Assembly (NCBI GenBank): GCA_013239625.1
Contig: MU054187.1
Span: 15,454,941-15,518,940 of the forward strand
Origin: Lama guanicoe
Lineage: Eukaryota
DNA length: 64,000 nucleotides
Direction: 5' to 3'
The position numbers and the translations under genes were made by a program. Below the pieces are notes generated by a model. It did not search any database. It was not told where the DNA came from and saw only the letters and a list, made by a program, of their open reading frames with translations. Of this stretch, positions 42,719 to 55,565 are shown one piece after another (position 1 is the stretch's first letter; each line of letters opens with the position of its first letter).

Positions 42719-43503
42719 AAGTCTGTTTCTCCTAAAGCACTGTCAGGTCTGGCAGTGGACGGGTTTCTTGCTCCTCCTTGAAGAGCAAGTGGCTTTCCCT
42801 TTGTACCTGAGAAGTGTCCAAGGGCCCAGGGCTCAGGTACACTTCTGGTTCATCTGCTTCACCCTCCAGCCTTGGCAGGTCTCACTCGCCTGCACAGCAG
42901 ACACTCTGATGCTTTGCCTGTCCTTGCCTCAAGTCCTCCTCCCAGGCACCTGGTGGAGGCCTGTGGGGAATGGTTGGCAGTGAGTGCGGACTGCCCTTGT
43001 ATCCGGGGCTCCTGGAGATTTTAAACTATCGTGTGCCAACACAACCTCTAATACACTGTAAAATTTTTAGTCTTTTTTCTTACTTTTATGATTGCCTCCT
43101 CTTCCTCTCGTTCTGTTAAGTTGAAATAGTTTATATGACCCATCTCCTCTTGGAGAGGCTTGCCACACTTTGGAAACCGAACCAGTTGGTTGATTTGTGA
43201 CTTCAGGTGTCTAATGGGCGCCAGATATTATGGTACCTTTTCCCCTGGGTGGAAGTGACTTCCACTATGCCTTATTACACATTCTAATCCCATGAGCTTT
43301 TAAACAAGTATCTCCTAAAGAAAAAGCAGCCTTCAGGTCCCACATTCTAGCCACTGATGTATGTCTCTCATTCCTTTATAGCCATATATATATTTATTTA
43401 TTTATTTTGTGAAGATTAAATGAAAAAAAAAGTTTGTAAAAATCTAGCAAACAAGTAGTGGCAGCTTTTAATATCACTGTTACATAAATACTGGACTAGG
43501 TTT

Positions 43504-43657
43504 TTGTAAATATTTTGGAGGGATTTTTTTTAGGGGGAGGAGGCAATTAGGTTTATTTATTAATTTTTTTAATGGAGGCACTAGGGATTGAACCTAGGAC
43601 TTTGTACATGCTAATAAGCATGCACTCTACCACTGAGCTATACCCTCTGCCCACCCA
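43504..43657 (-). mobile_element. tRNA-derived SINE, Vic-1-like (camelid)
   Basis: Minus strand gagggtatagctcagtggtagagtgcatgc...ggttcaatccctagtgcctcc...aaacctaattgcctcc with Pol III A and B boxes; 11-bp TSD GGACTAGGTTT at 43493-43503 and 43658-43668. Confidence 0.9.
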
Positions 43658-46439
43658 GGACTAGGTTTAAACAAAAGTAACCCTATTTACATAGGTCTTT
43701 CTATTTGAAAATATGGAATCATTCTTATTAAAAACAGTTTGTTTTTTTTTTTTTTTACTACTGTACAAACCTTTACATTGAAGTGTAGCAGTACAGGAAA
43801 CTTTAGGATAAAAAGATGTATGATTACACTTGATCTTTACAATAAGACATTATCAAGTATTGTTGGTTCAGTATTAAAGTTAAGAAAATATATAGGCTCC
43901 AATATTCATGTTGATAAAAGATAAACACTGTTTAAGAAAAAAATTTCATATTTCTCAGGACACAAGGAACATTATCTCAAAAAGGTGTAAAAATTTGCAC
44001 TACTAAAGATTTCCTGAAGTAAAAATGTTTTCTTTAGAATTAAAAGTTAGCCAGGCTGTTTACCTCTAGGAACAATGCTCAATATGAAAAAAACAATGTG
44101 AATTTCGTTTTATAACCCATTCAAGATTTAAAAGTTTGGTTTTGGGAATATTCAAATGTTTAATAGGAAAGGAAATTTTCAAGCATCAGCTTTTTGATTC
44201 TTAATAACCATTTCTATTTCATCTGGCAACAGAAGGCATTTTTTTTCCTTTTTTCCTAGCAACTAAATCTGATTTCCAACCTCTATTCCTGAGAATTATT
44301 TTAAGCATAAATTCCTGTAACTTTTAATTTTTTTTAATGAAAAAGTTCTCAATTTAAAATTTTTGAAAGCTAGCACAAGGATTTAGTTTTCACATATAAA
44401 CCCTCATAGACATGCCTAAGCTTTTGAGTAATCACCCCAAATCCCATAGCTCTCAGTTAATTAGATGATTGTTTTCATTTCTAGAGATGATTATGTGTCT
44501 AAATATAAATTAAATTTATATTTACCAACTTACTGTGGAATAAAAATAATTCAAAATACATTTTTTTATCTGCAGGGTTTAGGAAGGATTTGGGTCATTT
44601 ACATTTCCATAGCTTCAAATTAGAAACTATAGTTGAATATAGATACTTTTCTTAAATGAATTTCTAAAGAGAAGTCCATGAATATGTGACTTTTTCATAA
44701 ACTTCTCTTTTCACATAGTCATTTTAAGTAATTAGAGGTTAAATATTATACCCCAAATGAAGTCTTATGCAATGAACTAAGTAGTTTTTTCCTTCACTTA
44801 GAGCTTTCATAATATTTATGAAATATGTTTTTAGAGGAGTTGTTTTATATGTCTTGTTTTCCTTGTTGCTTTCTTTAAAATATTAAATTCAGATTACTTT
44901 TAACAAGTTTTGACTATGCTAGCTCTAGAGCTTCCCTAGCATGATCGGCCAATGCCTTTGTTGCAAATACATCACAGTTCAACTTTCCTCATTGCACAAT
45001 CCAGGTGTTGATCCTGAGAGCATTTGTCCATGAACTAACTGCAGATCTCTGTCTTAGAGGTTGCTTCCTGAGGAACCCAACAAGTGTGCATTTCCTTTTT
45101 TAAAATATATTTTATAATTCCTCAGAACAATATTCAGTCAACAAAAATTGAGTGTCTGTGTATCGGTGAGAAATGAATTATGAAAGACAAACCATTCTGT
45201 TTTCAGCAAAAAAATGGATGGAATACAAGGGATTGGGTCCTTCCAAACCATTGAAATGGCTTGGCCACCAATGACTGAACTGCATCTCTGCTACAATAGA
45301 AAAGATGACAATTAAATCATTATGTTGTACATCTTAAATATGCAGAATTATTTTTTTAAAAATTTCAAAGGAGAAGATGGAGAATTAGGAAGACTTGTCT
45401 AATTGATGAGTGCAGATCTCAGCACCTTAGCTGTAATTCCAAGATCACAAAGCAACTGCTAGGACCATTGACTCCAAAGCCACATCAGTCTGCTGGATCT
45501 GCAGCAGCAAAATTCGGACACCTTGGACAACCTGTGCTTCTTTCCCCATCTAATAAGTCACATCTGGAAACTGACCTGGAATGTGTTCTGGAAAAGGGTT
45601 TTCTTGGTGGTTTTTGTTTGTTTGTTTTAGTTTTCTGGCTTTTGCAGTATAAGAAGTCACCCCAGAAGGAAATTGAACAGATGAACTATGAGCCAGTCTA
45701 CTGTATCTTCCACACACAGTGTTTGCCTTCACCAGGCTTATATTTTAGACAAAATGTATGACAAAAAATAAACAAATAGGTGTGACAACTTAATAACACT
45801 CAGATAATGTTATTAGAAGGTCAGCAAACTTTAAAAATGAAACATGTTTAAGTTTGGCAACAATCAACAGAATTTGTTCCGTATAGTAATTTGTATAATA
45901 GTGCTGATGTGATATATGACAGTGGTTGCATGAATTGGTTTGGGTCTTGGGTCTTGAAGTTTAGACATGTGGTGCCACTTTTGAGAGAATTCTGTTGGAC
46001 TCAGCAAAACTGATTAATTAAATTTGGGGAATTTATGCTGAACATTTTGAATTTGGTTCATGGTAAGAGGAATGTGTATTTACTTTGGGTTAACATTTTA
46101 GTAGTGGTGATATGCTGGCTGAGCTGAGTCTCCTTTATGACTTGGGAATGTATTTGTGAAGTAGTGCCTGGATTTAAGAAAAAACAATATATAGCTTCAG
46201 AAAGAAATTGTTATCTCATCTGAAAACAGTTGGCATTCATGAACAATGGCTGCTTAATAAGAAAATATTTTTTGGCAAGTGATAGAGATTGTTCAGTTTT
46301 TATTGAAGGATTAGGCAGTGGTTCTTCCTCTTAGCTTCACCTTGATCTATTAGATTGGATTTACTACTTGAATTTAGAGTCATTGTTATACAATCATGAG
46401 AAAGAGAAAATGTATATCTTTGGTCATCGAAATGATGTC

Positions 46440-48640
46440 TGCTTTTTGTTTAATTTTTCTATCAATGTGTAATGTAGCTTTACATTAAGTTTCCAAGTCA
46501 GATAATGTGAGTCTTTGGTTTTGTTCTTCTCGTTTAAATTATGTTGGCTATTCTGGGTCTTTTGCCTCTGCATCTAAACTTAGAATCAGATTGTCAGTAT
46601 TCACAAAATAACTTGCAGAGATTTTGATTGGGATTGTATTGAATCTATAGATCAGGTTGGGAAGAACTGACATCTTGACAATACCAAGTCTTCCTATCCA
46701 TGAACATGGACTATCTCCCCATTTATTTAGTTCTTTATTTTCATTCATCAGAGGTTTATAGTATTCTTCATGTAGTTCTTATACTTATTTGTCACATAAT
46801 GGTTTTAATTTGCATGTGCTTGATGGCTAATGACATTGATTACTTTTACATGTGTTTATTAGCCACTTGGATATTCTCCTTGCCAAGGACTGTCCAACCG
46901 TTTTGTCTGCTTTTTATTGGGTCATCTACCTTTGTTTTTCTTGAGTTGTAGAAGTGTTTTTTAAATATATTTGGTTTGTTTTTCCTATATAAAAATACAT
47001 AGCAAATTATTTTCTCCCATTTTGTTTTAAACTATCTTCGTGGAATATTTTGATAAAAAGGAGATCTTAATTTATATGAAGTACAAATAATTAGTGCTAT
47101 CTTAAACTAGTGCTTTTTGTTTCCTCTTCAAGAAAACTTTACTATATTAGTCATAAAGATATGCACATACATTATCTTCTACAACCTTTATTGTATTAGA
47201 GTTCACATTTAGTTCTGTGCGCCATCTGGAATTAATTTTGGTGTATTGAAGACATAAAGATTAAGAGTCATTAACATAACTTTTTCTCCCACTGCAATGC
47301 AATGTTATCTGAGTCAGTGACTGTATATATGACTCTATTTTTGGTCTCTTTATTGTATGCCATTGATCAGTTTTTGCTCTTGTGTCAATATCATAAAATT
47401 GCTATCTAGTACTGTAAATACTCTTTTTTCTCATTCAAGATTGTCTTGCCTCAACTTGGCCTTTCTGCATTTCCTTTTGAATTTCAAAATAAACTTATCA
47501 GTGTATATAAAAATAATGGTATGATTTTAATTGGGATTGCATTGAATCTATATATAATTTGAGGAAGAATGGATATATTTACAATCCTTAGTAAGTTCCT
47601 CTATTTATTTAGCTCTTCTCAATAATAGTTTTAATTTTATGTACAAATATTTTGCATAGTTTTCATTAGGTATATATTAGAAATTTGATGTACTTGATGC
47701 TAAAATTAATGCTTTCTTTTAACATTTTTATTTTCTAATTGTTTTTACCTAACACCCATGCTAAATTTACTTATTTATTCTATCATTTTACAAATGCTTT
47801 TGGCTTTTTGTGTGCATGTGCATAATTATACCATTTGCAAACAAAGTCTGTTTATTCCTTTACAAACCTTATAGTTTTTGTTTTTATATTATTGCACAGG
47901 CTAGCACATCCAGTGCAAAGCTGAACAGAACTGATGATATCAGACTTCCTTACCTTGTTCCCAGTCTTAACAGGAAGCTTTTGATATGTATTTATTAAGT
48001 GTAATATTTTGCTATAGACTTTTGCAGATATCCTTTATCAGATTAAGAAGATTCTCCTCTATTCCTAGTTTGCTAAAAATTTTTACCATGAAAGAATATT
48101 GAATTTATCAAAAACTTTTCCTGCATCTATTGAGATAATTATGTCATTTTACCTTTTTTTCTATCAATGATATGAATTAGAGTGATTGCTTTTTAAATGT
48201 TAAACTTCTCTTACAGACCTAAAATCAACCCTACTTAATGTTGTTATATTATCTGTCTTTTGATCTGATTTGCTCACATTTCGTTTAGGAATTTTCTACT
48301 ATATTCTTGAAAGAATTTTGTAATTTTCCTTTCTCATGCTATCCTTTTAAAATTAGAGTAAAGCCGATGCTGACCCCATAAGGTTAGCTAGGGACTGTTC
48401 CTTGATTTTCTGTTCTGTGAAAGGTGTGTAGAATTATTGTTTCTTCCTAAATGTGTGCAAGAATTGAACAGTGAAGCCATTTGGGCTAGGCTATTTTTTT
48501 AGCATGAAAGTTCTTAATAACATATTTGGTTGCTTTAGTAGATAATGGGATAATCTGATTTTCTACTTAGTTTTTTTTTCCTGTCAGCTTTGATATATTG
48601 TATTATTATTTTCTCCTTAGGAAATGTTTTCCATTTCATT
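46440..48640 (-). mobile_element. Old L1 ORF2 antisense fragments
   Basis: ORF 46548-46748 (PCSWIGRLGIVKMSVLPNLIYRFNTIPIKI) is L1 ORF2p. Confidence 0.85.
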
Positions 48641-51199
48641 CAAATTAAAGAAAAATAACTAGAACCATATTTTATTATACAAAGCAAAAAATTTTATGTA
48701 CTTTATCAATTACATCAAATATATTAGGTGTTATGTAAAATTGATAGGATATTTTACCAATAGGCAAAACTTTATGCTATTTTGAGCAAATGTCTTTATA
48801 TCCCAGTGAGATATTAGATTAGTTAAAAAAATTTTTTTGATAACTATGATTGTTAACCCATGTCCTTCACATTTCAATAATTGTGAAAGTAGCATAGTTC
48901 CAACAAAGCCTAGTATTTTTGTTTGCAATCAGATGACCTTGAGTTTTTTTCTATTTCATTGATCATACTTCTTTAGAAGATTAAAGTGCTTGTTACTGTG
49001 AAAGGCTTCTTAACAATAGGAAGTTGAATTATTTATAAAATTCATGGCTTCATTATCTGTCAGTTTTTTATAAAATATACTGTGCTTTGTCTATTGTCTA
49101 TATTCTAGCCACTGTCTAGAATTTCAGATAGTTTTTATTACATGTTCATTTATTTTTACTTAAACATTTAGATTAAAATGTTACAAATTTGGTCTAGTTT
49201 TTTAAGAGAATTGATACAGATTCCAGTCCCTCCAGAAATATCCTCGTAGGTTGTAAAATCCCCTTAGCACTATTTACCTTTCTCTCCTTAGAAATGGGTT
49301 CAGAGTAGAGCAAACCACAGGTAAACTCACAGGGTTTCAGTAGTGATGGTGACATGAGGTGAGGAATAGTAAGGGCAACGTTCAGGATCTAGGTCAAGAA
49401 TATTAGTGAGGGCCCCACCAATTCAAATTTAGGGTAACTTGCATGAAGCCCAGAGGAAGGGACTACACAGGCTCTTTTTGTGAGGAGTTTGGTTACACAA
49501 GCTCTGGGATGGCTCCCGTTCTTTGTGGCTATCCAGGCAAGCCATCTCACCTATTTAGCGTGGCTGGGTAGACCAAGGAAAGCACTGACAACTGGGTGCT
49601 TTTCATTGCTAATCCTGGCTTTGACTCACTCCGTGACCTCTCTTGGTGTGTTTCTTCAGCTGGAAAGAGAAGATAATAATAATGACCTGTTTAACAAGAG
49701 GTGTTGTGTGGATTAACAGTTAATGACATGTTTCACGAGACAAGGCAGCATTGAGTTTGTGAACACCAATAGAAAGTTTCTCCATACTACAAAGTAAATC
49801 AGTGCTTCTCTTGAAGAAAACCCAATATGCCAAAAACATGAACATGCGAAGCAGTTGAAATAAGGTGAATTTTAACTTGACAGGAGTAGCTTAATTTTTC
49901 TGAAAGAATACTCCACAGTTTTACTTTTGCTAATTGGTTCACCCTTGTGTATTTAAAAGCTTTTATAAAATTTATACCTATTCTATTATTTTAGTGTTTA
50001 GGACTTAGAATACATTATTGTTATGCTTGGATATGATTTTTCCCCCCAAAATTGAACTAAGAATAAATATCCTGTAGTTCATCACCTGTATATATCACAA
50101 GGTGTCCGTAAAGTCAACTTGACTTATATAAAGCTTGTTGTTGTTTTGGTTGCTTCATCATGAGGTATTCTTGTATTACTTAGGGAAATAGTGTTAAACT
50201 TAATGGATTTGAATTTATGCTTTCTACAACTCTATAATATATTGCATCAGGTAATTTACTTTAATAGTTAAGCATTGAGTCAGCTGTCTGCAGGCAAAAT
50301 TATATGTGTCTGCCGAATTAATTCTCCCTATGGTGTATTCCGTTTCCTTTGTGTCTACTTGTTTTCTACAAAGATGAAGAAATGTCACAGATATAAATGT
50401 AGAAGAACTGTTAGTTTATTAAAAGAAAATCAAAAGGTACTGATAATTTCTAGCCACTAAAAAGTACTTGAATTTTGGAACTATTGTTGACATTAACAAG
50501 ATCAGGTCAAATACAAAGACAAAATGTTATACTGGTAAAGGAATTTGTAAATAGAAACACTTAGCCCCATGCTTTGTATGTATTGTTAAGATAATTTGAA
50601 AAACATAAAAAGAAATGACTAGGCATTTGGTTCAAGTTTTGCCCAGGCTATGGCCTAATGTTTTCTTACATTGCTATTAATAATTGTTTTCTTTTTGTAA
50701 ATTTATAGATATTTAACGGAAGTTTTAGAGGCTTTATATAATACACATCTTATTTGATCTTTACAAAGATCAAATTTATCCTACAATTCAAAGTACAGCC
50801 CCTAAAATAAAAGAATATTTGGCCCAAAATGTTGATAGTTCCAAAGCCAATAGTTGAACAACTCTGGTCTCAAATGAAAGAGATTCCAATGGTTCTTTTA
50901 TTACTTAATGAAATATTTTTAAACGATAACAAATGCCTTTTAATAAGCAAACTATATCTCCAGATAACCTGATTATCTGATTTTTGTATTAGTTTCTCTT
51001 AAAACTACAATTACATGATAATAGGCATTTGAGTTTTCAGTTATAAAGTCGCAAGTAGACAAATGTCATATTTTGTTATCTTTAATCAATGATCATTTTT
51101 ATGCTTTGATTTGTTGGCTGGCATCATTGAAATACTATGGAATTAAGTAGCATATAACCCAGCATGATGTCATCTCATGAAGACCACCCTTATCATAAT

Positions 51200-51370
51200 G
51201 TCTACCACACTTTGTGTGATGTTGCAAACAATCTCTTTAAGATTTAATTACATTTGTAAAATGGATATAACACCTCATTCATAGAATTCCTGAGTATTAG
51301 AGATAACAAAGTAAAGTGCAAAGCACATTAACATATAGTAAGTACCTAAAATATTAGCTATTATTATTCA
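51200..51370 (+). mobile_element. MIR remnant
   Basis: tttgtaaaatggata...acatatagtaagtacctaaaatattagctattatt. Confidence 0.6.
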
Positions 51371-52199
51371 CTATAGACGTTCTCTTTTCCTCTTATTAGT
51401 ATTAGATTTTTTACCTGCAATTTACCCAGTTTCACCAGATGTTGATGGCATTTTATTATGTTACATAAAACAAAATCATGAAAAACTGATAGGAATACAC
51501 CAGGGAAATAATCCATCTGATTAAAAAACTTAATTAGAGGATCAGAATGGACATCAGATTACACTCCATAAGAAAATCATATAAAATGGGAAATTGTCAT
51601 GTTTTCTGTTACTTCGTCTACTTTGTATGAGTATTATTTACCTGCTGTAGTGCTTACCGAGTTTCTAAGGGCCATGTATCTGCAGTTCAAGTAATCTGAG
51701 GACTAGATGGCACTCTTGTATTCTTAATTAAACAAACACAATTACACATTTTGGTTTTTCAACAAATTAGGGGCAATGTTTAAACCTTTCATCAGCTGGA
51801 TTTTATAGGAACTTCTGACACATTATAACATTGTTTCTATGATATACCCACCAAAGGGCACATATAGACTCTGAAACTATAGTGAAATTTACCACTGAAG
51901 TTTCTCAATCTCTTTTCATGTTGAAAGGCTGCTATAAGTCAGTTTGAAATTATACCTCTAAAAGCTAAGCTAACACACCTAACTGGAAAGATCTTCTTTC
52001 TTCAAGTAAGGCTCAAGAAGAATTAGCTTTATTGTGATTATTTTTCCCTGACAGCTTAAAATCTTAAGATTTTTATATTCTAAAATACATAAAAACACAC
52101 ACAAGAACACCTATATTAAATAATAAATACACTTACTATGACTATTTCTGGGAACCATGAAAACTGTTTTCAAGTATATGTGCTTACTGAATGTCCACA

Positions 52200-52335
52200 A
52201 CTCCCATTTTACAGTTGAAGAAATAGACTCAGAGAGACTAAGGAATTTACCCCACATCACACAGCTTGCAAGTAGTGCAGTCTCTGATCTGAGCCCACAC
52301 TGTGGCTATAGAGCTGAGATATATAACCACTAAAT
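52200..52335 (-). mobile_element. MIR remnant
   Basis: cccattttacagttgaagaaatagactcagagag...tcacacagc. Confidence 0.7.
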
Positions 52336-52504
52336 GAAGTTCTTCTACTCTGTTTAATTTGCATTGTACTTGATACCATGGCATTACTTTTTTCTTGTAT
52401 CTAGCCTGTAATAGCATGGACTATTAAAATATTGACTTTGGCATACAGAGAACTTACTTATGTACTGATACGATCATGGCAAAAGTAAAGAAAAGAGGTT
52501 GGTT

Positions 52505-53319
52505 GTTACAAACAACATCAAAGAAATGCAGAGATCATAAGAGATTACTAAAAACAATTAGATGCCAGTAAAATGGACAGCCTGGAAGAAATGGACAAAT
52601 TCCTAGAAATGTACAGTCTCCCAAGTCTGAATCAGGAATAAATATAAAACATGAACAGACTGATTACCAATAATGAAATTCAAGTAATAATTTTTAAAAA
52701 ATCCACCCATCAAACAGAAATCCAGGACCAGATGGCTTCACAGATGAATTTTACCAAACATTTAGTTAACACCTATTCTTCTCAAACTATTCCAAAAAAT
52801 TGAAGAAAAAGAAATGCAGCCAAAGTAATTTAAATAGACCAGCATCACCTTGATACCAAGAACACACTGCCAAAAGAGAAAATTATAGGTCAGTATTACT
52901 GAACACAGATGGAAAAATCCTCAAAAAATATTAGCGAAATGAATTTTAATACATTAAAAGACCATGATCAAGTGGGATTTATCCCAAGGATGCAAGGATG
53001 GTTCGGTATCCCCAAATCAGTCAACATGATGCTCCATGTTAACAATACAGAAATACAAATTATATTATCATCTCAATAAATACAGAAAAGACTTTTGATA
53101 AAATTAAACATCCATTTATGATCAGGCACTCAACAAAGTGTGTACAGAAGGGATATACCTCAACATAATAAAGGCCATATGTGCAAAGCCCACAGTTAAC
53201 ATCATCCTCATGGTGAAAAGCTAACAGCTTTCCTCTGAGATCAGGAGCAAGTCAAAGATGCTCACTCTTGCCACTTTTATTCAAAATAGTATTGGAAGTC
53301 TTAGCCTTAGCAATAAGAC

Positions 53320-53372
<53 letters not shown>

Positions 53373-55563
53373 AATGAAAGGAATCCAAATTGCAAAGGAA
53401 GAAGTAAAATTTGTTACTTGTGCAGATGACATGATATTATATATAGAAAATCCTAAAGACACGAACATAAAACTATTAGAACTAATAAATGAATTCAGTA
53501 AAGTTTCAAGATAAAAAATGAATAAACAGAAATGTTTTGTGTGTCTATACACAATAGTGAATTATCTGAAAGAAAATTTAAGAAAACAGTCCCATTTATA
53601 ATTATCAAAAGCCATCATTAAAAAGCCTACAAATGATACATGCTGGACAGGGTGTGGAGAAAAGGGAACCCTCCTACACTGTTGATGGGAGTGTAGATTG
53701 GTGCAGCCATTATGGAGGACAGTATGGAGGTTCTTTAAAAAACTAAAAATACACTTACCAGGAGATCCAGCAATCCCACTCCTGGGCATATACTTGGAGA
53801 AAAATAAAATTCAAAAAGACACATGCACATCAACAAATGACTGGATAAAGAAGATGTAGTACGTATACACAATGGACCACTACTCAGCCATAAAAAAGAA
53901 TAAAATAATGCCATTTTCAGCAACATGGATAGACCTGAAGATCATCATTCAAAGTGAAGTGGGCCAGAAAGAGAAAGAAAAATGCCATATGTATCACTTT
54001 TATGTGGAATCTAAAAAAAACCATTAAAAAATAGGGCACAAATGGAGTACTTATTATTTATAATTTAGATGATTGATTTCTTGAATATGTATAAGCACAT
54101 TTGACTGCCCCTTTATTATTGGATTAGCACATTCTGTTGATTCTTATTTTGTGGTTGGCTTTATTCCTTTGATAACTATGTAAGTTAAAAAGCTAAAGCT
54201 CTAATCTGTTCTTAGAAACAATGATCAGTACATATATGTAAACTAAAAAATATGTGCAGTACATTGTATATATGTCTTTACATACAGTATAACACACATA
54301 TGCAAACTGTAATAATTCTACCTAGTAAAACTGAAAAACGGGGGAAAAAGAAAACAGTCCCATTTATAATTGAATCAAAAATTACCTAGGAAAAAAACTA
54401 ATCAAAGAGGTAAAAGAGCTGTACTCAAAAAACTATGACACAGACGTAAGAAACTGAAGACAATACATACAGTTGGAAGGATGTATTATATTTATGGATA
54501 TGAAAAATTAATACTGTTAAAATGACCATATGATTTAAGGCAATCTACAGATTCAGTGCAATCCTTATAAAAATACCAGTTGTGTTTTTCAAAGTACTAT
54601 AACAAATCTAAAATTTGTATGGAAATACAAAAGGCACCAAATAGTTAATATAGTCTTGAGAAAGAGAGCAGAGCTGGAGGCATCATGTGCCTTGATTTCA
54701 AGCTATACTACAAAGCTATAGTAATCAAAACAGTATGGTATTGGCCCCCAACCAGACATAGACCCAATGGAACACAATAGAGGGCCCAGTAATAAACCCA
54801 CATTCATATGATCAACTAACCTATGACATAGGGAGCAAAAATATACAGTGGGGAAAAGATAGCTCCTTCAATAAAAGCTGTTGGTAAAACTGGACAGCCA
54901 AATGTAAAAGAATTAAATTAGACTGCCATTTTATATTATATACAAAAACAATCCCAAAATGTATTAAAGACATAAATATAGATCTGAAACCATAAAACTC
55001 CTAGAAGAAATCCTAGGCAATACACTATTTGACATTGGTCTTAGCAACATGTTCTGGAAACTGTCTCCTCAGGCAAGGGAAACAAAAGGAAAAATAAACA
55101 AATGGAACTACATCAACTAAGAAACTTTTGCACAGTGAAGGAAACTATCAACAAAATGAAAAGACAGCCTACCTAATGGGAGAAGATATTTGCAAGTGAC
55201 ATATCTGTTTAGGCACAAATATCGAAAATATACAAAGAACTCATACAACTCAACATCAGAAAAACAAGCTGATTAAAAAATAAGCAGAGTACCTGAATAA
55301 ACATTTAGCCAAAGAAGACATACATATGACTTAGACACATGAAAAAGTGCTCAATATCACTAATCATTGAGGAAATGCAAATCAAAACCACGATGAGGTA
55401 CCACTTCACACCTGTCAAAATGGCTATTATCAAAAAGACAACAAGTAACAGATGGTAGGAAGGATATGGAAAAAAGGGAAAATTTACACACAATGGAACA
55501 CTACTCAACCATAAAAAGAATGGAATCTTGGCATTTGTTACAAAAAATGATGAATCTAGAGGG
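52505..55563 (+). mobile_element. Decayed L1 ORF2 region, interrupted at ~53611-54347 and truncated at the CTE array
   Basis: gaagaaatggacaaattcctag, ccaggaccagatggcttcac, gcagatgacatgatattatat (ADDMILY), tactacaaagctatagtaatcaaaacagtatgg; ends at gaatctagaggg. Confidence 0.9.
53321..53370. repeat. A50 homopolymer inside L1 ORF2
   Basis: Seen directly. Confidence 0.95.
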
Positions 55564-55565
55564 AT

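Noticed and set aside
43575..43652. tRNA gene on the minus strand
   Set aside because: It has a SINE tail and TSD and a degenerate cloverleaf, so it is a SINE head
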